From NCBI GenBank assembly GCA_015058295.1, contig SVCP01000004.1, forward strand, positions 4,040 through 68,039: a stretch of 64,000 nt of DNA, in the 5' to 3' direction. Shown here piece by piece: positions 46,070-54,287 of this stretch. The translations under genes and the position numbers were made by a program. How positions within the stretch are numbered: position 1 is the first letter of the stretch; every line of letters starts with the position of its first letter. The DNA is from Anaerofustis stercorihominis (GTDB lineage Bacteria; Bacillota; Clostridia; Eubacteriales; Anaerofustaceae). A model generated the notes under the pieces. It was not told the origin of the DNA and searched no databases. It worked only from the letters and a program-made list of their open reading frames with translations.

Positions 46070-47104
46070 TTACAGATAATCCTTCACCTCTGCGTAAAGA
46101 GCTTTATGAACCTTCTTCATAGAGCTTTTCGCCCAGTCGTACATATCTTTTTCCTTTCCGAAGACTTTAAAAAATGTGTCCTTGTACTTTTGTCCGTCCG
46201 GAATATTCCCTGCTGAACGGAATTTTGCTGGAACTTCTATTTCGAGTCTGTCGTCAAGACACGCAAATGAAATCTCTTCATCCATATTTACATCATATCC
46301 CATATATCTTACGAACAGACAGCGTATGTCGCTGTTTGCGTCGTTTCTCATCCTGTATAACCGGCTGTCGGCATATTTTCGGAAAACCGGCGTGTAATTT
46401 CCAAGGGATGATGTACTTTTTTTCATGAACGGGAATATTATCACACTGAACAGCGTTGAGAGTGTTTTGTAAGGAGCTTCCTTTTCAAACCCGAGCAGCG
46501 TATTGAAGCTTCTCATAAGTATTTTTATTTTTTCTGTTCTCATGAGAGAAGTATCCGCGTTATCTTCTGCCGAATATTCCCTGTGTGAGAGGATTCCTTC
46601 ATTATCAGAATCATCATCTGTTGTCTCGGGATATACAGATACGGTATGTATGTATTTCGGTGTGTTCTCAGGGTTCTTTTTATACTCCGGGTTGAGCACG
46701 ATGCCATACTGCTTCAGCGTATCGCTTATGGCACTGTTTGCACACATGCCAAGATAGCTGATGAAATTTCCTGTGTTTTTCATAAACAGGTTATCCCTGT
46801 CCGTAAACTTGGGCGGAATATTCTTCAGGGATTTGAGGGCAACTTCACTGAGGGCATCTTCGATAAATCTGTCTTTATCGAAATTTGCGGAATTTGAGTT
46901 AGCAGTTTTCAGTACAGCTGACAATGCCACATTCTTCGCCGCCGCAGAAATATATCTGCACGCTTCGGAAAAATTTTCCCGGAAAGCGCTGTCATCACTG
47001 TTGATCAGCTCTGAAATGTGATGTATGTCACCAAGTGTAATGTCTTCAAGAAATTCGTGTAAAGAACCGTCCGGTATTATCCTTTTTTCTGTAAATCTGC
47101 CCAT
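46070..47104 (-). CDS. hypothetical protein with a sigma-70 region-2-like segment (possible atypical sigma factor)
   Basis: FIEDALSEVALKSLKNI ... FISYLGMCANSAISDTLKQ resembles the ECF region 2 pattern (..QE.FLK.w.. / F..WL..IA.N...D..R). Start chosen at MGRFTEK after GAGGTG. The assignment is weak. Confidence 0.3.
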   Translation of the reverse strand: MGRFTEKRIIPDGSLHEFLEDITLGDIHHISELINSDDSAFRENFSEACRYISAAAKNVALSAVLKTANSNSANFDKDRFIEDALSEVALKSLKNIPPKFTDRDNLFMKNTGNFISYLGMCANSAISDTLKQYGIVLNPEYKKNPENTPKYIHTVSVYPETTDDDSDNEGILSHREYSAEDNADTSLMRTEKIKILMRSFNTLLGFEKEAPYKTLSTLFSVIIFPFMKKSTSSLGNYTPVFRKYADSRLYRMRNDANSDIRCLFVRYMGYDVNMDEEISFACLDDRLEIEVPAKFRSAGNIPDGQKYKDTFFKVFGKEKDMYDWAKSSMKKVHKALYAEVKDYL

Positions 47105-47202
47105 AAAACACCTCAGTAATACTTTAAAATAAGTATATATCATATTCAAAACAAAGTCCATATGAAGAGAACTTTTTTGGTACACATGATTGTTTGTCTG
47201 AA

Positions 47203-47228
47203 TTAAAAAACTGCCCGTGCGGGCAGTT
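47203..47228 (-). terminator. rho-independent terminator after the nitroreductase gene (right boundary of the island)
   Basis: AACTGCCCG / CGGGCAGTT stem followed on the minus strand by TTTTTTAATT. Confidence 0.8.
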
Positions 47229-47233
47229 GCGTT

Positions 47234-47755
47234 TTACCATCTTTCGAAGTGGACTCTGTCTTCTTCGTAAATGAGTTTCTGTTTTGTGGATTCGGCTTTT
47301 GGGTATCCGAAAGCGATAATGGAATGAGGAACTATACTTTCAGGCAGACCGAAAAGTTCTGCCTGAGCCTGCATCTTTTCTTCCTGCGGCCATGTGCCCA
47401 GCCAGCAACTTCCTATTCCCATAGCATTTGCCGCGAGGATCATGTTCTGCGCAGCGATGGAGCCGTCTATAACCCAATAATCCGGAGCTGCTCGGAATGC
47501 TCTGTCAAGGTCTCCGCATACAAGGATTCCGAGAGGAGCTCTTTTAAGAAGCTGTGCGGCTTTTCCGTTTGCATCAGCCATTTTTGCAAGAGTGTCTTTA
47601 TCTTTCACGACGATAAATGACCACGGTCTTGCGTTTACGGCAGTAGGTCCGCTCATCGCCGCATCAAGGATAGCCCTGATCTCATCATCGGAAATTTCCT
47701 TGTCGGAATAATCCCTGACACTTACTCTCGCCAATATGTTTTTCAATGTGTCCAT
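47234..47755 (-). CDS. nitroreductase-family protein
   Basis: 173 aa with an R.SVR.Y N-terminus and the P.A.N.QPW pattern. Confidence 0.8.
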   Translation of the reverse strand: MDTLKNILARVSVRDYSDKEISDDEIRAILDAAMSGPTAVNARPWSFIVVKDKDTLAKMADANGKAAQLLKRAPLGILVCGDLDRAFRAAPDYWVIDGSIAAQNMILAANAMGIGSCWLGTWPQEEKMQAQAELFGLPESIVPHSIIAFGYPKAESTKQKLIYEEDRVHFERW

Positions 47756-47758
47756 TTT

Positions 47759-48673
47759 TTACTCTCCTGTTTCTCTTCGCATCATTTCTATTGCATTCTG
47801 CATATCCTCCGGCATGGGAGCAGTATAGGTCACACGCTCATTTGTCCTCGGATGAATAAAACTGAATGATGCCGCATGAAGTGCCTGACGGGACATATAC
47901 GGGTTTTCCTCGGGGAAATACAGGAAATCTCCGATTATCGGGTATCCTATATGCTTTAAATGTACTCTTATCTGATGTGTTCTTCCCGTAAGGAGCTTCA
48001 ACTTCAGGAGTGTATGATTCCGGAATCTTTCGACTACCTCGTATATGGTCTGAGAAGGATCACCATCTTCACGCACGATCCTTATGAGCCCGAATTCTTC
48101 TTCTCGGATTATCGGTGCATCGATAAGGCCGCTGTCATCGGGAATCACACCTTTTACGATAGCATAATAATACTTTTCCGTAATATTTTCCATTGACTGT
48201 GACTGAACAAAATGATGAACATACTTGTTCTTCGCTCCGACGACTATGCCGGACGTGTCCATATCAAGTCGGTTGACAAACCTTACCTTGCCCGTATGCT
48301 TTATCTTCTCCCAGTGTGCGTAGATGCCGTTGGAAAGCGTATCTGTCTGATGGGATTTTGTGGGATGAACCACAGTATTGGGAGATTTATTGATGATGAT
48401 CACATCATCATCTTCGTGGATTATGTCAAGAGGCATCTCAACCGCATCACAGTCGGGATATTCTCCCGCAAAGCAAAGGGAGATGATATCTCCCTCTTTG
48501 CAAATCTCTTTAAAATATACGTCTTTTCCGTTAAGTCTTAAATATCCTTCCTTTTTGTTTCGTGTGATAACTCTGGAAGAATAATTGAAGTTGTCTTTGA
48601 GATAGGATTCTATACTGCCTGAATATCCTTCTCTGACAACATATTCATAATAAGCTTTTGTGGGCTTTCTCAT
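47759..48673 (-). CDS. RluA-family pseudouridine synthase (RluD-like, with S4 domain)
   Basis: Catalytic motif NRLDMDTSG and HQIRVH. Confidence 0.85.
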   Translation of the reverse strand: MRKPTKAYYEYVVREGYSGSIESYLKDNFNYSSRVITRNKKEGYLRLNGKDVYFKEICKEGDIISLCFAGEYPDCDAVEMPLDIIHEDDDVIIINKSPNTVVHPTKSHQTDTLSNGIYAHWEKIKHTGKVRFVNRLDMDTSGIVVGAKNKYVHHFVQSQSMENITEKYYYAIVKGVIPDDSGLIDAPIIREEEFGLIRIVREDGDPSQTIYEVVERFRNHTLLKLKLLTGRTHQIRVHLKHIGYPIIGDFLYFPEENPYMSRQALHAASFSFIHPRTNERVTYTAPMPEDMQNAIEMMRRETGE

Positions 48674-49920
48674 TACATACCGAGTTCGTTCATAGCTTCC
48701 TTGATGATAGCCGGAAGTCTTCTGCAGTCGCTTTCCTTCATAGCGCAGATGGCAACACGGATACCCTCAGCAAGGGGCACTGTGAATACATTCTTTTCGA
48801 TAAGCTTTTCACACAGAGCTGTCGGGTCATTTGCGAGAACACTTACGAAGAAACCGCCGCAGTAATTTGTGATGGGAAGATCAACTTCCTTTACGCCCTG
48901 CATAAATGCTGCGCCTCTTGTTGCGAGGAGTTTGCGGTATTTTGTTCTTTCTTCTTCACATTTTGCGTATTTTTCTTCGTCTGCGAAGATGTTTGCGATT
49001 ACCTGCATTGCGCCTTTTGTGCCGTTTGACCAGTTGCCACGGTTGGAGTGTGCGCAGGAATAATAGAATTCCGTAGCAAGATCTTCGTTTGATGTTACGC
49101 AGATAAGAGCACCGTTACGGAGTCCGTACATTGTGTAACCTTTTGATGCTGAGTATGCGAAAAGTCCCATGATGTTTTCCGGAAGGTTACCGAATTTTTC
49201 CATGAAGGTTCTTGTGTCGCCTTCGCCTGCAAAGTCGATATATGCCATGTCTACAAGAATGGAAATTCTGTAATCCGGATCTTTTGCCGCATATTCTTTT
49301 GCGAGATCAATGATCATATCCCATTCTTCATCAGAAACAGTATAACCTGTGGGGTTGTGTGCAGGTGTGTTGATTACTGCAAGAACACGTTTCTGTTTTT
49401 CGAGATAGTATACGAATTTTTCCTTGTAGCTTTCGAAATCGAATGTGCCTTTTTCGTTGAAAAGGTTGAATGTATCGAAGTTTCTGCCGTTTTCAGCTGC
49501 GATTGTCGTATATGCCGGCCAGTATGAGCTTGCTGTGAAGAATGTATCGCCGGGATTTGTGTAGTTTACCACTGCGTTTTTGATTGCGCCTGTTCCGCCG
49601 GGCGTTGCAACTGCTCTGATGAAGCCTTCCGGACGGTGGTCCATAAAGCATGCTTTGACAACTGCGTCTAAAAATGCCGGAATACCTGCAAGTCCTGCAT
49701 ATGCAGCGATGTCTGCCGGATTCATGTTCTGAAGCTCGCTGTAAACGGATTCAAATGCCACTAATTTTCCGTCATCATCGAGAAGTGTACCGATGGTTGA
49801 GTTAATGACGTTTTCTTTACCGTATTTTGCGATTGCTTCGTTTGCTCTTGCTGAAAGACCGAAGATGATATCGTCTTCACGAGCTCTTATAGCATGATTT
49901 GCTACCATGTTGATTGCCAT
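48673..49920 (-). CDS. class I/II (fold type I) aminotransferase, aspartate/aromatic type
   Basis: PLP-lysine context SASKGYTMYGLR, N.PAHNPTG, and a length of about 415 aa. Confidence 0.75.
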   Translation of the reverse strand: MAINMVANHAIRAREDDIIFGLSARANEAIAKYGKENVINSTIGTLLDDDGKLVAFESVYSELQNMNPADIAAYAGLAGIPAFLDAVVKACFMDHRPEGFIRAVATPGGTGAIKNAVVNYTNPGDTFFTASSYWPAYTTIAAENGRNFDTFNLFNEKGTFDFESYKEKFVYYLEKQKRVLAVINTPAHNPTGYTVSDEEWDMIIDLAKEYAAKDPDYRISILVDMAYIDFAGEGDTRTFMEKFGNLPENIMGLFAYSASKGYTMYGLRNGALICVTSNEDLATEFYYSCAHSNRGNWSNGTKGAMQVIANIFADEEKYAKCEEERTKYRKLLATRGAAFMQGVKEVDLPITNYCGGFFVSVLANDPTALCEKLIEKNVFTVPLAEGIRVAICAMKESDCRRLPAIIKEAMNELGM

Positions 49921-50023
49921 ATAATATCCTCCTGTAACACCTGCCCGAAAGTCCCTGTCGCTGGCGGAAGGGACTTCTGCAAGTTTAATTTATACTTGTA
50001 TATGATTTACTGATCGTGTTTCG

Positions 50024-52003
50024 TTATTTTACGATAGAACCAAGCTTAAATCCTTCTCCTGCGCTTACGAATGAAAGGACATCTTTATCCATATCTTCCG
50101 CAAGGAGTATCATTCCTTCGGATACTTCGCCACGGAGTTTTGCGGGTTTGAGGTTTGCAACAACGACAACATTCTGGCCTACGAGGCTTTCGAGTTCGAA
50201 GTATTTTGCGATACCAGAAACGATCTGTCTTGTTTCTGTGCCGAGATCTACTTTAAATACATAAAGCTTATCTGCTTTCGGGTGCTTTTTAGCTTCGATG
50301 ATCTTTCCTGTTCTGAGTTCAAGCTTTGCGAAATCGTCGATTGAGATCTCTTCTTTCTTTACTTCCTCTTTTGGTTCTTCCTTCTTTTCTTCCTTAGCTT
50401 CTTCTTTGACTTCAGCCTGTTCGAGAAGGTTCTTCGGAGCGAGTTTTTTCTGGATTTCTTCGAGTCTTGCGGCCGCATCGATTCTTTCGAAGAGCATTGT
50501 TACTTCGCCGAGAGCTTCGCCTGCTTTGAGTCCGCCGAATGTTTTTGTGGATTCGAAGTCTCTTACATCCGTATTTAAGATATTGAGCATCTTTTCGCCT
50601 GTTGACGGAAGGAATGAAGAAAGAAGCACGCCTGCTATACGGATAGTCTCCATAAGATTATAAAGTACTGTGCCGAGTCTTTCTTTCTGATTTTCGTCTT
50701 TTGCGAGGACCCAGGGTGTTGTTTCGTCGATATATTTGTTTGCTCTTCTGAGGAGGTTGAAGATCACCTGAACGGAATCCGCAACTCTCATGTCGTGCAT
50801 CTTTGCAGCGATGTCTTCGCCTGCAGATGTTGCCATTGAGATAAGTTCGTCATCAAGAGCATCTTTTGCTGTGGGAGCGGGGATGATGCCGCCGAAATAT
50901 TTGTTTGTCATTGCCGCTGTACGGTTTACGAGGTTTCCGAGGATGTTTACGAGTTCTCCGTTGATTCTTTCGATGAGAAGTTCGTATGTGAGGGAACCGT
51001 CCTGCGCAAACGGCATTTCTTTAAGGAGATAATATCTTACCGCATCAAGACCGAATTCTTCAACGAGTTCGTCAGCGTAGATTACGTTGCCTTTTGATTT
51101 ACTCATCTTGCCTTCGCCTACAAGGAGCCACGGATGGCCGAATACCTTCTTCGGAAGGGGAATATCAAGAGCCATAAGCATGATGGGCCAGTAAATAGTG
51201 TGGAAACGGAGAATATCCTTACCGATGAGGTGGATATCAGCAGGCCAGAATTTATTGAACTGTTCTGTATGGTTGCCGTCCGGGTCGTAACCGAGGAATG
51301 TGATGTAGTTTGAAAGAGCATCGATCCATACATAGATTACATGTTTCGGGTCGAAATCAACGGGAATACCCCAGCTGAATGATGTTCTTGATACACACAG
51401 ATCTTTAAGGCCCGGTCTGATGAAGTTGTTGAGCATTTCATTCTTTCTTGATTCGGGCTGAATGAAATCGCTTGATTCAATATATTCTTCCAGCTGTTTC
51501 TGATAATTGGAGAGTTTGAAGAAATATGCTTCTTCCTTGGCATATTTTACTTCCCTGCCGCAGTCGGGGCATTTGCCGTCAACAAGCTGGCTTTCCGTGA
51601 AGAAACTTTCGCAGGGTGTGCAGTACATTCCTTCGTATTCGCCTTTATAGATGTCGCCTTTGTCATAAAGCTTTCTGAACATCTTCTGTACTTTTGCTTT
51701 GTGATACGGATCTGTTGTTCTGATGAATCTGTCATGAGATGATCCCATGATTTCCCAGTTTCTTTTGATTTCTGCGGAAACTTCATCTACGAACTGCTGG
51801 GGAGTAACTCCTGCTTCCTGGGCTTTGAGTTCGATCTTCTGTCCGTGTTCGTCTGTACCTGTCTGGAAATATACGTCGTAGCCGTAGCTGCGCATAAATC
51901 TTGCAAGTGCGTCTGCAAGAACGATTTCATAAAGGTTTCCGATGTGTGGCTTGCCTGAAGTGTAGGCAATGGCCGTTGTAATGTAATAGGGTTTTTTTGT
52001 CAT
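50024..52003 (-). CDS. metG: methionine--tRNA ligase with a C-terminal EMAP/tRNA-binding domain
   Basis: HIGN (HIGH) and KMSKSKGN motifs, a zinc knuckle CTPC...CPDCG, and a C-terminal OB-fold segment. Confidence 0.95.
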   Translation of the reverse strand: MTKKPYYITTAIAYTSGKPHIGNLYEIVLADALARFMRSYGYDVYFQTGTDEHGQKIELKAQEAGVTPQQFVDEVSAEIKRNWEIMGSSHDRFIRTTDPYHKAKVQKMFRKLYDKGDIYKGEYEGMYCTPCESFFTESQLVDGKCPDCGREVKYAKEEAYFFKLSNYQKQLEEYIESSDFIQPESRKNEMLNNFIRPGLKDLCVSRTSFSWGIPVDFDPKHVIYVWIDALSNYITFLGYDPDGNHTEQFNKFWPADIHLIGKDILRFHTIYWPIMLMALDIPLPKKVFGHPWLLVGEGKMSKSKGNVIYADELVEEFGLDAVRYYLLKEMPFAQDGSLTYELLIERINGELVNILGNLVNRTAAMTNKYFGGIIPAPTAKDALDDELISMATSAGEDIAAKMHDMRVADSVQVIFNLLRRANKYIDETTPWVLAKDENQKERLGTVLYNLMETIRIAGVLLSSFLPSTGEKMLNILNTDVRDFESTKTFGGLKAGEALGEVTMLFERIDAAARLEEIQKKLAPKNLLEQAEVKEEAKEEKKEEPKEEVKKEEISIDDFAKLELRTGKIIEAKKHPKADKLYVFKVDLGTETRQIVSGIAKYFELESLVGQNVVVVANLKPAKLRGEVSEGMILLAEDMDKDVLSFVSAGEGFKLGSIVK

Positions 52004-52238
52004 TTTTTCCTCCGGATGATAAAAAAATCGTCAACTGCATGGGACGGTATTACCGCGGTGCCACCCAAATTGACGAAGTCCTCTCTCTGCATTAACGCTG
52101 CAACACGTCTGCGGCTAACTATTCACCGCAGAGGCTCCGAAACCATCTTCGATAATCTGCTCTGCCGCCTCGCACCATATGGCGGCTCTCTGTAAGAGCG
52201 GGGTTTATCTACTCATTTCTTCATAGCCGTTTTTATTT
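52004..52238 (-). promoter_or_regulatory. T-box leader (tRNA-sensing riboswitch) upstream of metG
   Basis: The minus strand reads AATTTGGGTGGCACCGCGG (T-box sequence, plus coordinates ~52053-52070), then a hairpin region and GATTTTTTT (52021-52029). Upstream lie AGAGAG and GGTGCGA stem-I elements, and GAAGATGG contains ATG. Confidence 0.8.
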
Positions 52239-52244
52239 AAATAC

Positions 52245-52272
52245 ATTATACACAAAAACAGCTGAAAATCAA
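52245..52272 (-). promoter_or_regulatory. candidate sigma-A promoter of the metG leader
   Basis: Minus strand: TTGATT, 16-nt spacer, TATAAT. Confidence 0.5.
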
Positions 52273-52307
52273 CAATTTTGTTGCAGAAATACAAAAAGCC
52301 TGTGTCA

Positions 52308-52381
52308 GCAGGCGGATGCAAGGCGATGCCTTGCAAAAAGAGGGTGGGCGGGCGGGAATTTTCCGAAACGCAAGAAAAAAT
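52308..52381 (+). repeat. GC-rich structured element, left copy (GCAGGCGG + hairpin + G-quadruplex-type tract + GAAACGCAAGAAAAAAT)
   Basis: Hairpin TGCAAGGC-GAT-GCCTTGCA (52317-52335) and GGGTGGGCGGGCGGG (52342-52356). Related to the inverted copy at 53854-53943. Confidence 0.7.
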
Positions 52382-52578
52382 CAGCTTCAGGAAACAGTAA
52401 CCTGTATGAGGCAGGCACCAGGCTTTCACGAATATAAGATGTGCTTGTGCTGATAATACAAAAACCGCATTGTGTACAGAAGTGATTTTGTATTGAAATG
52501 CAATTTTATAAGGTGATATAATAAAAACATAAAATGAAATGTATTTATGCACTAAAACTTATAAAAGGAGAAGCAAAA

Positions 52579-53622
52579 ATGACAAAAGAATATAACTGGA
52601 AGCAGCTTCCCGGCACATTCCCGTGGATGGCTCAGCAGAAAAAGGCTCCTCTCGAAAAAAGAGAGATCCCTTACTATGAAAACTACGAAAGAGCTATAAA
52701 AGGCAACAACCCTGTATGGCTTCCTGTGGCAGGCGCAGAAAAAAATATATGCTGGCCTGATGAAATGGTTGAACATCCGGTACCTGAAGTTGACGGATTC
52801 GACTGGTGGGGCGTTGAATGGGTAATGGTTGAAAGTGCAGGCGGTATGATGGTAAAACCGGGAACAAGAGTTATCGAAGATTTCACAACATGGAAAGAAA
52901 CATTCAAGTGGCCGGATTATTCTGATGTTGACTGGGCGGCAGACGGAGAAAAGATATCTTCAAACTATGACCCTGACAGAGCTCATGTATATCAGTGCGT
53001 TGAAGGTCTCTTTGAAAGACTTCATGAACTTATGCCGTTTGATGAAACACTGATGCTTTTCTATGAAGAACCGGAGCTTCTCTCAGACTGGTTTGAAAAA
53101 TGCACAGATTACAAAATCGACACAACAGCAAAAGTATTTGAACACTACGGCAGAATCGACGGCGTACTTTATCACGATGACTGGGGTACACAGCGTGCAG
53201 GCTTCTTCTCAAATGAAATGTTCCGTGAACAGATCTTCCCGCATACAAAGAGATTCTTTGATTTTATCAAAGAACAGGGCAGGTTCGTTGAGCTTCACTC
53301 CTGCGGAAGAAATATGCAGTATGTTCCCATGATGATCGAAATGGGCGTTGATATGTGGGGACCGCAGGAAAACTGCAACGACATGGATCACCTCATCGAC
53401 GCATTCGGCGAACAGATGACATTCACAAAGAGCATCGAAGGGCTTAATGACAAGGAAGTCATGGACGAAGCTGAAGTACGCGCTATTGTCAGAGAATATG
53501 TTGACAAATACAAAGACAGAAGAGTCATGGCTTCATTCAGAACAAACCCGGAAAGAAGCAAGATCGTAAACGACGAGCTTTATAAATACTCAAAAGAAGT
53601 ATACGCTAAAAAGCAGAAGTAA
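52579..53622 (+). CDS. URO-D family protein (MtaA/CmuA-like), paralog of 25699-26682
   Basis: Start at MTKEYNW after AAGGAG. Shares segments with the other copy (D.V...DD....G.F.S.E.., H.CG). Confidence 0.6.
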   Translation: MTKEYNWKQLPGTFPWMAQQKKAPLEKREIPYYENYERAIKGNNPVWLPVAGAEKNICWPDEMVEHPVPEVDGFDWWGVEWVMVESAGGMMVKPGTRVIEDFTTWKETFKWPDYSDVDWAADGEKISSNYDPDRAHVYQCVEGLFERLHELMPFDETLMLFYEEPELLSDWFEKCTDYKIDTTAKVFEHYGRIDGVLYHDDWGTQRAGFFSNEMFREQIFPHTKRFFDFIKEQGRFVELHSCGRNMQYVPMMIEMGVDMWGPQENCNDMDHLIDAFGEQMTFTKSIEGLNDKEVMDEAEVRAIVREYVDKYKDRRVMASFRTNPERSKIVNDELYKYSKEVYAKKQK

Positions 53623-53736
53623 TTTTCTGTTTGTCTAAATGAACGAATACTGTGTTGTTGGCCCTCTATGTAAGCTGTGCTGACGGAGCAGTATTTTACG
53701 GGGCAGGTCGATCCCTCCCTGAAAGCCACGCTTTCT

Positions 53737-53768
53737 TCCCTCCTTTTTTCTCAAGGGAGGGATTTTTG
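53737..53768 (+). terminator. rho-independent terminator
   Basis: TCCCTCC / GGAGGGA stem followed by TTTTTG. Confidence 0.55.
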
Positions 53769-53853
53769 TGTTCTCCCGGATAAAAGCATATAAAATTGAG
53801 AGCAGTCTGAGAGTATGAGAAAGTAACCGGCTTTATGCCGTATATTCTTGTTA

Positions 53854-53943
53854 ATTTTTTCTTGTGTTTCAGAAAGCACTAATTCCCACCCAACCCACCC
53901 TTTTCTTGCGACGCTGCGCGTCGCGCTGCCGCCTGCGGCGGGC
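53854..53943 (-). repeat. GC-rich structured element, right copy (inverted relative to 52308-52381)
   Basis: The minus strand reads CCCGCCGCAGGCGGCAGC, hairpin GCGACGC-GCA-GCGTCGC, GGGTGGGTTGGGTGGG (plus 53885-53900), then GAAACACAAGAAAAAAT. Confidence 0.7.
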
Positions 53944-54177
53944 TTTGGAAAGTAATTACAGTCTATGCCGTTTATTCTTGTTTGTTGAGTGAAGCCACGA
54001 GGATATCCGACAATTCCTCCTGTGCGACTCGTCGGGCAAAAATAATACAATGAAGAACGCAGGCACAAAAGGCTCCACTGTGTAAGGGGAGCTGTCGGTT
54101 AAACCGACTGAGGGGTTGTCTGCAGATGTGATGCATTGTGAAATTTATGCTGTGCAGGCAGATACCTCGCCGAAAGC

Positions 54178-54287
54178 CCCCGCCGCAGGCGGCAGGAGAT
54201 AAAATCCTGCGGATTTTTTCTCCTGCCTGCTCAAAGGCAAAGCCTTTGAGTGTGGGATGCAAAGCATCACACAGCCTGCGGCGGGGC
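54178..54287 (+). repeat. ~110-nt cloverleaf-type repeat, copy 1
   Basis: Closing stem CCGCCGCAGGC / GCCTGCGGCGG encloses three hairpins. It directly abuts the stop codon of the 145-aa gene. Confidence 0.85.

Noticed and set aside
30871-47228. Prophage or conjugative element interpretation of the island
   Set aside because: There is no integrase, capsid, tail, terminase, relaxase or T4SS gene. No flanking direct repeats or tRNA were found. The HerA-like ATPase alone is insufficient evidence.
53690-53730. tRNA 3'-end-like fragment (GGCAGGTCGATCCCTCC) as an attachment-site remnant
   Set aside because: The flanks do not pair as a T-stem, there is no acceptor stem or CCA context, and no integrase is adjacent.
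54020-54140. Group II intron 5' end (GTGCGAC at ~54022) or a retron-like ncRNA
   Set aside because: There is no domain V-like sequence, no reverse transcriptase or maturase ORF, and no 3' AY boundary. The match is only a 5-7-mer.
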